A stretch of DNA of 64,000 nt from an uncultured delta proteobacterium (lineage in GTDB: Bacteria; Desulfobacterota; Binatia; Binatales; Binataceae). Positions 51,316-62,966 of this stretch are shown piece after piece. Every line of letters starts with the position of its first letter. Within the stretch, counting starts at the first letter, position 1. Position numbers and translations under genes: made by a program. The notes beneath the pieces are model-generated. The model searched no databases, had not been told where the DNA came from, and saw nothing but the letters and a program-made list of their open reading frames with translations. The stretch spans positions 1-64,000 of the forward strand of contig CAWEEQ010000001.1 of assembly GCA_963808235.1 (NCBI GenBank), read 5' to 3'.

Positions 51316-52504
51316 ATGGATTTTACCTGGACGGCTGAACAGGACGCTTATCGGATGGATGTGCGGCGCTGGCTCGAAGAGAATCGGCCACAGTCGCTTG
51401 CGCGCGGCGAAGACGCGGAAGCGGGCGGCGACGACGCAATCTGGCAGCGCCTGAAACAGTGGCACAAAAAGCTCTATCACGCGGGATGGGCCGGTCTTAC
51501 CTGGCCCAAAGAATACGGCGGCCGCGGCGCCACGTTTATTGAACAGGTCATCTTCCAGCAGGAACTCGGGCGGCTCAACTTGCCGATGGGATGCAACGTG
51601 CTCGGCGTGATCATGACCGGTCCGGCGCTGATGCAGTGGGGGTCCGACGCGCAGAAAAAGCGCTACCTTAATCCGATCCTCGCCGGCGACGAGATCTGGT
51701 GCGAGGGGATGTCGGAGCCGGGCGCTGGCTCGGACCTGGCGTCGATCCAGTGCCGCGCGGAGCTCAAGGGCGACGAGTTTGTCGTCAATGGGCAGAAAGT
51801 CTGGACAACGATCGCGCATCGATCGGACTTCGTGCAGCTTTTCGTGCGCACAGATCCCGACGCGCCGAAGCATAAGGGGATGAGCGCGTTGCTGGTCGAT
51901 ATGAAAGCGCCGGGCGTGACGGTCCGTCCGCTCAAACAAATTACCGGCGACAGCGAGTTCAACGAGATCTTTTTCGAAGACGTGCGCGTGCCCAAGGAAA
52001 ATCTGCTCGGCCCGATCAACATGGGATGGCAGGTGCTGGTCTCGACTCTGATGCATGAGCGATTCGGAATCGGCGAGACGCTCGGCGGCACCGAACAGTT
52101 GCTGCATCAGCTGGTTCAGATCGCGAAGGCGGTGAAGCTAAACGGCCGGCCGGCGATCGAAGACAACGATATCCGCCAGCAGATCGCGCAATTCGCGATC
52201 GAAGCGACCGCGAAAAAGTACAACGGACTCCGGAGTCTGTCGAAACGCCTTAAGGGTCAGCAACCCGGACCGGAGGCGTCGATCTCCAAGCTGCTGTCAA
52301 CCGACCTCGGCCAGACGGATGACGAAATTCGTGCCGCGGTTGCTCGGCGAGTATGCGTTTCTCGAGCGGCATACGCCGTATGCCCCCGACGGCGACTGGA
52401 TGCGCCGGATTCTGGCGTCGGAATCGATGACGATTGCGGGCGGCACTTCGCCGGTGCAGAAAAACATGATCGGCGAGCGCATCCTGCAACTTCCCAAGGG
52501 CTGA
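51316..52504 (+). CDS. Acyl-CoA dehydrogenase (frameshift ~52312)
   Basis: WPKEYGG, SEPGAGSDLAS, NGQKVWT, FNEIFF; C-terminus TIAGGTS.VQKNMIGERIL in ORF 52319-52504. Confidence 0.92.
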
Positions 52505-52535
52505 GAATCAAACAATCAATTCGTTGCACGACAAG

Positions 52536-52563
52536 AGGCGGTTCATCTGAGCCGCCTTTTTTT
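52536..52563 (+). terminator. Rho-independent terminator
   Basis: AGGCGGTTCA-TC-TGAGCCGCCT hairpin followed by a T run. Confidence 0.75.
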
Positions 52564-52592
52564 CGATTAGAAAGCTTTGGAGGGCTTCGAAG

Positions 52593-53933
52593 ATGGTTCG
52601 CAAAACAATCCGCTCGCTCGCCTGCAAACCCGTCGTTCTGTGCGCCGCGTTATGTCTGACGATCGCGTCGCCTGCGGCTGCGGCAGTTCCCGGCGCGGCA
52701 AAGTTCGACGGCGCCGATACCGCGTGGCTGCTGCTCTGCTCGGCGCTGGTCCTGATGATGACGATCCCCGGGCTCGCGCTCTTTTACGGCGGGATGGTGC
52801 GGCGCAAGAACGTGCTCTCGACCTTGATGCAGAGTTTCATCCTGGTTGCGATCGTGTCGATCCAATGGGTGCTGTTCGGCTACAGCCTCGCGTTCTCGCC
52901 GGGGAGCGCTCTTGTCGGCGCGCTCACGTGGGCCGGACTGAATGGCGTTAGCGCGGCGGTGCCGTACGCCGCCTATTCGGCGACTGTGCCGCACCAGGCG
53001 TACATGATTTACCAGTGCATGTTCGCGGTGATCACGCCGGCACTAATCACCGGCGCGATCGCGGAGCGGATGTCATTCAAGGGCTTCCTGGTTTTCAGCA
53101 TCCTGTGGGTCACGCTGATTTATGATCCGCTCGCGCACTGGGTGTGGGGCGTCGGCGGATGGATTCATGAAATGGGCGCGCTCGATTTCGCCGGCGGCAC
53201 CGTGGTTCACATCTCATCGGGTGTTGCCGCGCTGGCGGGTGCTCTGATGGTCGGTCCGCGCCGCGGATATCTGCGCGAGCCGATGCCGCCGCACAACCTG
53301 ACCATGACCGTAACCGGCGCGGGATTGCTGTGGGTCGGATGGTTCGGATTCAACGCCGGGAGTGCGCTCGCGGCCAACGGTCTCGCGGTGTCGGCCTTTG
53401 TCGCGACGCATCTTGGCGCCGCGGCCGCGACGCTTACCTGGGTCGGCGCGGAATGGTGGATCGGCGGGAAGCCAACCGTGCTGGGCGCGGCGAGTGGCGC
53501 GGTGGCGGGCCTGGTTGCGATAACGCCGGCGGCGGGTTACGTCGGCCCGCTTCCCGCGATAGTAATCGGCGCCGTCGCGGGCGCGCTCTGCTACAGCGCG
53601 GTGCGGATGAAATCGCACTTTGGCTACGACGACGCGCTCGACGTGGTCGGCGTGCACGCGGTCGGCGGGATATGGGGCGCGCTCGCGACCGGGCTCTTTG
53701 CGAGCGTGTTGGTCAATACCGCCGGCGCAAACGGTCTCTTCTATGGAAATCCGCGCCAACTATTGATTCAGGCGATCGCGGTTGTCGCGAGCATGGCGTT
53801 CTCGTTCGTCGGGAGCATCGCGCTCTTCAAGGTCACGGATGCGCTCGTAGGAATTCGAGTGATCGATGAGTCGGAGCAAGTCGGACTCGATCTCAGCGAG
53901 CATGAGGAAGCGGCGTACGCATTCGAGGCGTGA
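52593..53933 (+). CDS. amtB: Ammonium transporter
   Basis: PGLALFYGG, DFAGGTVVH, GWFGFNAGS, DDALDV.GVH. Confidence 0.96.
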   Translation: MVRKTIRSLACKPVVLCAALCLTIASPAAAAVPGAAKFDGADTAWLLLCSALVLMMTIPGLALFYGGMVRRKNVLSTLMQSFILVAIVSIQWVLFGYSLAFSPGSALVGALTWAGLNGVSAAVPYAAYSATVPHQAYMIYQCMFAVITPALITGAIAERMSFKGFLVFSILWVTLIYDPLAHWVWGVGGWIHEMGALDFAGGTVVHISSGVAALAGALMVGPRRGYLREPMPPHNLTMTVTGAGLLWVGWFGFNAGSALAANGLAVSAFVATHLGAAAATLTWVGAEWWIGGKPTVLGAASGAVAGLVAITPAAGYVGPLPAIVIGAVAGALCYSAVRMKSHFGYDDALDVVGVHAVGGIWGALATGLFASVLVNTAGANGLFYGNPRQLLIQAIAVVASMAFSFVGSIALFKVTDALVGIRVIDESEQVGLDLSEHEEAAYAFEA

Positions 53934-53980
53934 ATGCGTTTGCTTGATACCGCGGCTGGTCGTGGTTTAAGAATCGCGGC

Positions 53981-55012
53981 ATGAGTACGCATGACGTGAA
54001 ACCGCTGGCCGAACAGATCGCGGTGGTTGCGGGCGCGACGCGCGGGGCTGGACGCGGCATCGCCACGATGCTTGGCGCGGCGGGCGCTACTGTCTATTGC
54101 ACCGGCCGCAGCACCCGTGGAAATCCACCGACGCCTGGCAGACCCGAGACGATCGAGGAGACCGCGGAGTTGGTGACCGCGGCAGGCGGTAAGGGCATCG
54201 CGGTCAGAGTCGATCACACAATTGCGGATGAAGTCCGCGCTCTGTTTGAACGGGTCGAGCAGGAATCCCGGCGGCTCGACATCTTGGTCAATGACATCTG
54301 GGGAGGCGACGAGCTGAGCGAGTGGGGCAAGCCATTCTGGAAACTCGATCCCGGCAAAGGCCTCAGGATGCAGGAGTTGGCGGTGCAGACGCATATTCTG
54401 ACCGCCCGTTTCGGCGCGCCGATGATGGTGCGGCAGAAGTCGGGACTGATCGTCGAGATCACCGACGGGATGCATCTCGACTACCGCGGCAATCTGTTTT
54501 ACGACCTCGCAAAAATCTCCACGATCCGGCTCGCGTATGCGATGGCCGCCGAGCTTCGCAGGCATAATGTCGTGGCGTTGGCGCTGACGCCAGGTTTTCT
54601 CCGATCGGAAGCGATGCTCGATGGGTTCGGAGTGACTGAAGCAAACTGGCGCGACGCAATTGCGAAGAATCCAGATTTCGCCGAGTCGGAGACTCCGGCT
54701 TACGTCGGCCGGGCTCTAGTCGCTCTCGCGATCGATCCAGACGTTGCGCTCAAGGCGGGAAAAGTCTGCGCAAGCTGGACGCTCGCGCGCGAGTACGGCT
54801 TCAACGATATTGACGGCCGTCAACCGGACTGGGGCGCGCATTTCGCACGCACGGTGGCGGGCATTCTCGATCGCGGCGGCCCGAGCAACAGATACGAGGA
54901 GTCGCGAGTCTGGAGCCGCTACGAGCAGATTCGCGGCGAGCCGCACAATACCGAGGAGGCCGAACGGCTTGCCGCCGCGCTTGCCCGCGCGGGCGTATCG
55001 ATTCTTCCTTGA
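53981..55012 (+). CDS. SDR family oxidoreductase
   Basis: AGATRGAGRG, YDLAK. Confidence 0.9.
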   Translation: MSTHDVKPLAEQIAVVAGATRGAGRGIATMLGAAGATVYCTGRSTRGNPPTPGRPETIEETAELVTAAGGKGIAVRVDHTIADEVRALFERVEQESRRLDILVNDIWGGDELSEWGKPFWKLDPGKGLRMQELAVQTHILTARFGAPMMVRQKSGLIVEITDGMHLDYRGNLFYDLAKISTIRLAYAMAAELRRHNVVALALTPGFLRSEAMLDGFGVTEANWRDAIAKNPDFAESETPAYVGRALVALAIDPDVALKAGKVCASWTLAREYGFNDIDGRQPDWGAHFARTVAGILDRGGPSNRYEESRVWSRYEQIRGEPHNTEEAERLAAALARAGVSILP

Positions 55013-55027
55013 TCACGGTTGCCGTGA

Positions 55028-55273
55028 TCACCGCTGCATCGCCTGGAAGATGAACGGGCCGGCTTCGGTCATCACTTCACCTAAAATTTCCTGCAACGGC
55101 TTGCTCGGCATTTCGAGTTTTTCGGTGAGCGACTTCATCACCATCAAATAGCTCTGCTTCATCGGCGGGCTTATCGTCTCGAGCCTGATGTTTTCCATCG
55201 CGGCGACGAAGCGGCGATGGATCTCGACAATCGCGAGGTCAGTGGGATCGGTAAGCTTTTTTGCGCGTCGCAT
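55028..55273 (-). CDS. Hypothetical protein
   Basis: 81-aa ORF downstream of rodA with host-like codon use. Confidence 0.6.
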   Translation of the reverse strand: MRRAKKLTDPTDLAIVEIHRRFVAAMENIRLETISPPMKQSYLMVMKSLTEKLEMPSKPLQEILGEVMTEAGPFIFQAMQR

Positions 55274-55297
55274 GGTGGGTAAACCTCGAGAAGAAAA

Positions 55298-56404
55298 TCA
55301 GAACAGGTAGCGGCGGGTGTTGATGTTGATCAGGATGCCCATCGCGGCCATCATCGCGATGAGCGACGATCCTCCGTAGCTGACCAGCGGCAGCGTGATT
55401 CCGACCACCGGCAGCATCCCGGTCGCCATCCCGATGTTGATCGCCACCTGCCAGAACACGATCGCGGTGAGTCCGACCGCGAGCAGGGCGCCGAAGCGAT
55501 CGCGCGCGTGGCGGGCAATCCATGCGCCGCGCGCGATCACGCTTGCGTAGAGTGTCAACAATACGAGCGCGCCGGCGAGGCCGAACTCCTCGGCGAAAAC
55601 CGCGAAAATAAAATCGGTGCTCTGCTCGGGCAGAAAATTAAGCCGCGCCTGGGTGCCCTTCAGGAAGCCCTTGCCGAACGGACCGCCCGCGCCGATCGCG
55701 ATTTCCGACTGGATGATGTGATAGCCGGAGCCGAGCGGATCGGCCTGCGGATTGATGAAGCTTACCAGGCGCTGGCGCTGGTACGGTTTCAGGTAATGCC
55801 AACTGAGCGGCGCCGCGAGCATCGCAGCCAGCCCGAGCATCAGCATCGTGCGCCAATTGAGTCCGCCGACGCATACCAGGGTCGTGGTAATCAGAACCAG
55901 AACGAGTCCGGTGCCGAGGTCGGGCTGTTTGAGCACGAGTGCCGCGGGGACGCCGAGCAGCACAAACGGGATGATCATCTGGCGCAGTCCCCATCCGCCT
56001 TTCGGCGGTTCCTCGCGCAGATACCGGACCATCACGAGCACCACGGCCAACTTTGCGAGCTCGGAGGGTTCGAGGTGGAAGAAGCCCAGGTTGATCCATC
56101 GACGCGATCCGCCAGTCGCATGACCGGCGACCATCACGGCGATCAGAAGTCCGAGCACGGCGATGTAGAACGGATAGGCGTAGGTCTGGAGCGCGCGATA
56201 ATCGACGAAGACTGCGATCAGCATCGCGCCGGTTCCGGCGGCAATCCAAATCAACTGGCGCACGACCAGCGGATCCCAGGTGCGATGAGAGCCGGCGTAC
56301 GAAGCACTGATGACGCTTACCAGGCCGACTCCGGCCAGGGCCAGCACGAGGATGAACATCGTCCAGTCGAAATGCAGGATGTATCTGCGATCGCCGCTCG
56401 CCAT
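55298..56404 (-). CDS. rodA: Rod shape-determining protein RodA
   Basis: RRWI, EPSELAK, QPDLGT, FLPEQSTDF, LPLVSYGGSS; follows mrdA. Confidence 0.96.
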   Translation of the reverse strand: MASGDRRYILHFDWTMFILVLALAGVGLVSVISASYAGSHRTWDPLVVRQLIWIAAGTGAMLIAVFVDYRALQTYAYPFYIAVLGLLIAVMVAGHATGGSRRWINLGFFHLEPSELAKLAVVLVMVRYLREEPPKGGWGLRQMIIPFVLLGVPAALVLKQPDLGTGLVLVLITTTLVCVGGLNWRTMLMLGLAAMLAAPLSWHYLKPYQRQRLVSFINPQADPLGSGYHIIQSEIAIGAGGPFGKGFLKGTQARLNFLPEQSTDFIFAVFAEEFGLAGALVLLTLYASVIARGAWIARHARDRFGALLAVGLTAIVFWQVAINIGMATGMLPVVGITLPLVSYGGSSLIAMMAAMGILININTRRYLF

Positions 56405-56437
56405 CAGCGCAAAGCCTCTGTCATCGACGCATTCCCG

Positions 56438-58315
56438 TCATTGCGAGTCGTTATCGAGCACGCGCGCGATTTCGGGCTTCGGCGGCGGAGGATAGAGCTG
56501 AAAGAAACGCTGGAACACGTCGTGAATCACAGGCGCGGACGCACTGCCGCCGTGACCGCCATGCTCGATGATGCAGGCGGCGGCGATTTTTGGATGATCC
56601 TTCGGCGCGAACGCGATGAACCATGCGTGGTCCTTGAACTGCTCGGGAGTTTTGTCGTCGGTCTCTTCCTCGCCAGTCGACTTACTGCCGACGACCTGCG
56701 CGGTGCCGGTCTTGCCGCATACGATCACATCGTCGAGATGAGCCTTGTGAGCGGTGCCGCCGGCGCCGTTGACGACGTCGGCCATCGCGTCCTTAACCGT
56801 TTCTAGCGCGGCTGGATCGATCGCGATACGGGTTTCAACTATGGGCGGATACGACTTGGTGATGCTGCCGTCGAGACCTTCGACGGACTTGACGAACTGC
56901 GGCCGATAGCGGGTGCCGCCGTTGGCGACGATCGCCGCAACTTGGGCCATCTGCAGCGGGGTGGTTGCGACGTAGCCCTGGCCTATGGCAACCGAAAGCG
57001 TCTCCGCGGGATACCATCGCTCGTGAAACCGCTTCTGCTTCCACGCCGAGGACGGAATGGTTCCGGGGTTTTCGCGATCGAGATCGATTCCGCTTTTGAT
57101 TCCGAGCCCCATCTTGTTCGCCCACTTGGCGATTCGATCGACGCCGAGCTTCTGGCCGACATCGTAGAAGTAAACGTCGCATGAGCGGACGATCGCGTCG
57201 TGCAGCTCGATTGTGCCGTGGCCCTGCTTGCGCCAGCAGTGGTACTCGCGCCCGCCGAACCACAGACCGCCGGGACAGTTGTACGCGGTTTGAGTGTTGA
57301 GGGTGCCTTCCTGGAGTCCGGCTATCGAATCGACAATTTTGAACGTCGACCCGGGCGGATAGATTCCCTGGATCACCCGATTTTGCAGCGGATGCTGCGG
57401 GTCGGTCATCAACTCCCGCCACGCCGACGCTTTCACGCCGCCGCCAAAGATGTCGGGGTCGAAGGCCGGATGCGAGACCATCGCGAGCACGTCGCCGTTG
57501 TTGGGATCGAGCGCCACGAAAGCGCCGTTCTTGCCGGCCATTGCCTGCTCAGCGGCTTCCTGGAGGTTGAGATCGATCGTCATGATGATGTTCTGTCCGG
57601 GCTTGTCGGCAATTTCCTTGAGTATCCGGAGCCGGCGACCGACCGCGTCAACTTCGATCTCTTGTCCGCCCGCGTCGCCGCGCAGATAACCTTCGCTGAC
57701 CCGCTCGAGGCCGAATTTTCCGATCTCGTCGCCGTTGTGATAGTCGGCCTTCGCGATGAGATCGTTCTTGGTAACCTCGCCGACGTAGCCGAGCAGATGC
57801 GCCGCGAGTTGTCCGTACAGGTAATGGCGCGCCGGCGTGATTTCGAGACTGACGCCCGGAAGTTCGAGCTGATGGGTCTCGAGGGCGACCACCTGTTGCC
57901 ATCCCAGGCGTTCGGCAACGGTGACCGGATCGTAAGGAGGTCGACCCTCTTGCTCGGCGTCGGAAATCTTATCGGCGATATCATCCGCGCCGGTAAAGCG
58001 CTGGAGCTTTTCGATCGTATCGGAAAGATTATCCGAATCCTCGGGAACGATTACCGCGTCGAATGACGGCCGGGTATCGACCAGCGGCCGATGATTGCGA
58101 TCGAAGACCAGACCGCGCGGCGCCGGCACGCGCCGGATTCGAATCCGATTGCGGTCGGCCAACTCGACGTTGTCCTTATGATGGAGGACTTGCAGGTAGT
58201 AGAGGCGAACCGAGACCAGGCCGAAGAGCAGGATCATCAGCATGGTCATCGTCGCGATGCGAGAATCCAGCTTCGGGACCGGCCGACTGCTATTTGAACT
58301 GCGGAACTTCGCCAC
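56438..58315 (-). CDS. mrdA: Penicillin-binding protein 2
   Basis: APRG, PPGSTFK (SxxK), SCD, KTGTAQ. Confidence 0.96.
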   Translation of the reverse strand: MAKFRSSNSSRPVPKLDSRIATMTMLMILLFGLVSVRLYYLQVLHHKDNVELADRNRIRIRRVPAPRGLVFDRNHRPLVDTRPSFDAVIVPEDSDNLSDTIEKLQRFTGADDIADKISDAEQEGRPPYDPVTVAERLGWQQVVALETHQLELPGVSLEITPARHYLYGQLAAHLLGYVGEVTKNDLIAKADYHNGDEIGKFGLERVSEGYLRGDAGGQEIEVDAVGRRLRILKEIADKPGQNIIMTIDLNLQEAAEQAMAGKNGAFVALDPNNGDVLAMVSHPAFDPDIFGGGVKASAWRELMTDPQHPLQNRVIQGIYPPGSTFKIVDSIAGLQEGTLNTQTAYNCPGGLWFGGREYHCWRKQGHGTIELHDAIVRSCDVYFYDVGQKLGVDRIAKWANKMGLGIKSGIDLDRENPGTIPSSAWKQKRFHERWYPAETLSVAIGQGYVATTPLQMAQVAAIVANGGTRYRPQFVKSVEGLDGSITKSYPPIVETRIAIDPAALETVKDAMADVVNGAGGTAHKAHLDDVIVCGKTGTAQVVGSKSTGEEETDDKTPEQFKDHAWFIAFAPKDHPKIAAACIIEHGGHGGSASAPVIHDVFQRFFQLYPPPPKPEIARVLDNDSQ

Positions 58316-58334
58316 CTATGGTTCCCGCCTATAT

Positions 58335-58841
58335 CTATTCACGCGCCGCTCGCGCAGGCAATCCTAACGCCCGCTTGCTGCCTTTCAACATCGAAAAGAC
58401 AATCGGCGCGACCATCGCCGAGATAGCGGCCTGAAGCGCCAGCGACGGCATTATCGCGCCCGTATCGCCGAGCGCATTGAAGCCGGCTCCGATGGCGATC
58501 GCGCCGAGCGCGGTCGCGATCACGCCAAAAAAAACCACCGTCGCGCCCACGAATGCATTGGTCACCAGCATCCGGCTCGAGATCTCGTAACTGACCAAAA
58601 ACACCATCGTCACCATGAAGGCGTTGAGTCCCGGATTCGAGCCGGCCAGCGCGTCAGTCGCGTAGCCCATTGAAAATGCGATTAACGCGGGCAATACGCC
58701 GTGATGGCGAAAGCCCAGATCGACCGCGAGAATAATTATCAGGTTCGGAATCACCGAGCGGACCGAAATCAGATGCGGCAGCGCGGTTTCAAACGCCAAT
58801 CCCAGTATCGCAAACAATCCAAACAGCAGAATAAGGCGCAA
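58335..58841 (-). CDS. mreD: Rod shape-determining protein MreD
   Basis: Multi-TM protein with PNL and G...D motifs between mreC and mrdA. Confidence 0.85.
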   Translation of the reverse strand: MRLILLFGLFAILGLAFETALPHLISVRSVIPNLIIILAVDLGFRHHGVLPALIAFSMGYATDALAGSNPGLNAFMVTMVFLVSYEISSRMLVTNAFVGATVVFFGVIATALGAIAIGAGFNALGDTGAIMPSLALQAAISAMVAPIVFSMLKGSKRALGLPARAARE

Positions 58842-58846
58842 CGTTC

Positions 58847-59698
58847 TCAGCCCTTGACCGCCGGATCGTCGATGTGCGGCGGTGGCTGAGTGACGATCAG
58901 CACCTGTTCGAGTCCCTTGAATTCAACCGCCGGTGCGATCGACACCTTGAGGAACAGCCCCGGACCCTCGCGACGGACGTTCTTGATCGTTCCGACCAGC
59001 AGCCCGCGCGGGAAAATTCCGTCGAGACCCGAGGTAACCACGGTGTCGCCGTTGCGGATGTCCTGCGAGCGGTCGGTGTATTTGAGGGTCAGGCCCTCAT
59101 CGACAACGCCCGCAACGATCCCGCGCGCGCGCGAGCGCTGGTCGAAGCCGTCGAGCGCGGAATTGTGATCATCGATCAGCAGCACTCGCGAGGCGTGCGG
59201 ACTGACTGCGATTATCTTGCCGACCACGCCCTGGTTGGACAGCACCGCCATTCCGGCACGGAGTCCTTCGCTCTCGCCCGATGCGAGGATGAGGGTATGC
59301 GACAGGCCGGTCGCGTCGCTGCCGATCACGTTGGCGGCGACGGCGTTCGCGCCGAGCACGTCCTTGAGATCGAGCAGCGAGCTCAGATGGCTGTTCTCGG
59401 CCTCGAGCTCGGCAAGGCGCGCGCGGTCGCTGGTGGCCTGGGCAAGCTGGGTGCGCAAGCGAGCGTTTTCCTCGCGCACGTGAACGAGATCCAGGTAGTC
59501 GTTCACCATGGCCGAGGCTCCGGATGAAAAATGGATGAAGCCGGCATCGAGCGGGCGGACCATTTCCAGGAACGCCGACTCGGGTCGCGCGGCGAGATCG
59601 CCGGGGTGAACCCCGGTCGAGATCAGATGAAGCGACAGGATAAGCAGCGCGCCGCTGGTCAGCAGCACCCGGTTGCGCCAGAGAAAGCTGCCTCTCAC
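58847..59698 (-). CDS. mreC: Rod shape-determining protein MreC
   Basis: TM + coiled coil (EENARL), VVTSGLDGIFPRG. Confidence 0.93.
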   Translation of the reverse strand: MRGSFLWRNRVLLTSGALLILSLHLISTGVHPGDLAARPESAFLEMVRPLDAGFIHFSSGASAMVNDYLDLVHVREENARLRTQLAQATSDRARLAELEAENSHLSSLLDLKDVLGANAVAANVIGSDATGLSHTLILASGESEGLRAGMAVLSNQGVVGKIIAVSPHASRVLLIDDHNSALDGFDQRSRARGIVAGVVDEGLTLKYTDRSQDIRNGDTVVTSGLDGIFPRGLLVGTIKNVRREGPGLFLKVSIAPAVEFKGLEQVLIVTQPPPHIDDPAVKG

Positions 59699-59751
59699 GT
59701 CAATAGCGCCCGACGCGCGCGATGAGTTTCAGTTAGATTCCGCAGTTCTCG

Positions 59752-60882
<1,131 letters not shown>

Positions 60883-61020
60883 TCAAAGAATTTCCGGCAG
60901 AGAAATAATTCGGGTCCGTCCCAATTCTGCTGACAGACACGGTAACAACTGACGAGCAGGCAAGCAAGCAAGCTTGCGCAATTGCGAACGGAAAAGACGG
61001 TAAAGTATGATAACTGCGCA

Positions 61021-62934
61021 ATGTTAGAAGGAATCCGCCGCTACCAATACTCGTGGCAGGTGCAAGTCCCGTTCGCGGTGCTCGCCCTGGTTATGGCTTT
61101 CTGGGGTTTCGGCGCCGGCATGTTCAACCGGATCCATCCGGTGGCCACCGTTGACGGCCAGCGAATACTTGCCGATGAGGTCGATCGCTCGGCCACCCAG
61201 TTGCGCGAGGCGATGCAACAGCAGTACGGCGCCGCCGCGTCCGCGGTGCTGCAAAATGTCAATTTGCGCAACGAAGCGCTCGAACGTTTGATCGACGGGC
61301 AATTGATCCAGGATGAGGCGCGCCATCTTGGGATCAGCGTCAGCGACGAAGCGCTGCAAAATAAAATCACCGCCACCCCGGCTTTCCAGCGCGACGGCCA
61401 GTTTGACGTCGAAACCTACCAGGAAGTCCTCCGCAACAATAATTTGATGCCGAACGAATTCGAAACTGACGAGCGCAGGCAGATGGTCGCCGACTTGCTG
61501 CGCGACATGATCACCACCGGAGTGCAGGTCAGCGACGATGAAGCGCGCCACGCGTACAACTTGCGCAACGAACTGGTGAGCCTGCGCTATATCGAACTGC
61601 CCGCGAGCAGTTTTGCCGCAAAAGTTTCTCCGACTGAAAACCAGGTCGCCGACTTTTACAAAAAAAATGCCGAACAGTTTCGCGTGCCGGAGCGGGTCAA
61701 GATAACCTTCGTCCACTACGCGCCGCTCGCGCTCGCGGCCAAGTACACACCGACCGACAAGGAAATCCTGGACTATTACAATCGCAACCTGAAGACCGCC
61801 TTCACCCATCCGGAACAGGTCCATGCCCGCCATATACTGCTCGCGGTGCCGGCCGGCGCCAACGACAGTGAAAAAGCGGCGGCGAAAGCCAAAGCGCTCG
61901 AGGTGCTCAAGCAGGCGCAGTCCGGCGGCGACTTCGCAAAGCTCGCCGCGAAGTATTCCGAGGATCCATCGAATCGGCTTGACGGCGGCGACCTTGGGAC
62001 TTTCGGCCGCGGCCAGATGATCAAGCCGTTCGAGGACGCCGTGTTCGCGATGAAGCCCGGGCAAATCACGATGGTCGAGACGCGCTTCGGCTTTCACGTA
62101 ATCAAGCTGGAGGAAATCAAGCCGGAGCATACCGATACGCTGGCCGACGCGCGCGCAAAGATCATCGACACGCTGAGGACGCAGGCCGGAGCCAAGCTCG
62201 GGCGCGATGCGACCCGGGAGGACGTTGCGGCCGCCCTTGGCGGGACGAGCCTGCAAGACCTTGCAAAAAAGCGCGGGCTCGACGCGGTCGAGACTCCGTT
62301 ATTCGCGCAGAACGAACCGATCAAGGGCGCCGAGAACGATCGCGAGCTGAATCAGTTCGCATTCAAGCTCGAACTCGGGCAGGTGCGAGTCGTGCCGGAC
62401 CACGGTGCGCCATATATCGTCAAGCTGATTGCGAGAGAGCCGTCGAGGATTCCGCCGCTCAAGGAAGTCGAGGCGCAGGTGCGCGAGGCGCTCATCCGCT
62501 CGACCGCGGAGGCCGACGCCGCCAACCAGGCGGAAAAGATCCTGGCGACGATCAAGACCGACGCCGATTTCGATAAAGCCGCGGCGTCGAACAAGCTTAC
62601 TATCAGCACCGTCAATCCGTTCCCGCGCGTCGATCACGCCGTTCCAGGTATCGGCCAGTTTCCCGAAGTGACCGACGCCGCCGCGGCAGTGCCCACCGTT
62701 CCCGGAGTAATCGATCGGGTGATGGAGAACAGCGGCAACGCTTATATCTTCGAAGTGGTGTCGCGCAACGAACCCAGCGATGACGATTGGAAGAGCGCGA
62801 AAACAGCATTCATGCAGGAATACGTCGAGCAGCGCCGCGCTCAGGCGTGGACACAATTTGTCGATCAACTGAAGAATACCGCCACGATACAGATCGATAC
62901 CGACCAGCTCGCCGCGGGCGGGTCGTCGACGTAA
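61021..62934 (+). CDS. ppiD: SurA N-terminal/PpiC-domain peptidyl-prolyl isomerase (PpiD-like)
   Basis: N-terminal TM, VHARHIL, FAKLAAKYSED, GGDLG, GFHVIK. Confidence 0.88.
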   Translation: MLEGIRRYQYSWQVQVPFAVLALVMAFWGFGAGMFNRIHPVATVDGQRILADEVDRSATQLREAMQQQYGAAASAVLQNVNLRNEALERLIDGQLIQDEARHLGISVSDEALQNKITATPAFQRDGQFDVETYQEVLRNNNLMPNEFETDERRQMVADLLRDMITTGVQVSDDEARHAYNLRNELVSLRYIELPASSFAAKVSPTENQVADFYKKNAEQFRVPERVKITFVHYAPLALAAKYTPTDKEILDYYNRNLKTAFTHPEQVHARHILLAVPAGANDSEKAAAKAKALEVLKQAQSGGDFAKLAAKYSEDPSNRLDGGDLGTFGRGQMIKPFEDAVFAMKPGQITMVETRFGFHVIKLEEIKPEHTDTLADARAKIIDTLRTQAGAKLGRDATREDVAAALGGTSLQDLAKKRGLDAVETPLFAQNEPIKGAENDRELNQFAFKLELGQVRVVPDHGAPYIVKLIAREPSRIPPLKEVEAQVREALIRSTAEADAANQAEKILATIKTDADFDKAAASNKLTISTVNPFPRVDHAVPGIGQFPEVTDAAAAVPTVPGVIDRVMENSGNAYIFEVVSRNEPSDDDWKSAKTAFMQEYVEQRRAQAWTQFVDQLKNTATIQIDTDQLAAGGSST

Positions 62935-62966
62935 AGGACGTGCCATATAAAGGACGAGCTATATAG

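Noticed and set aside
58474-58485. Second ATTGAAGC as another CRISPR repeat
   Set aside because: Lies inside mreD and lacks the GTTTC start and matching palindrome.
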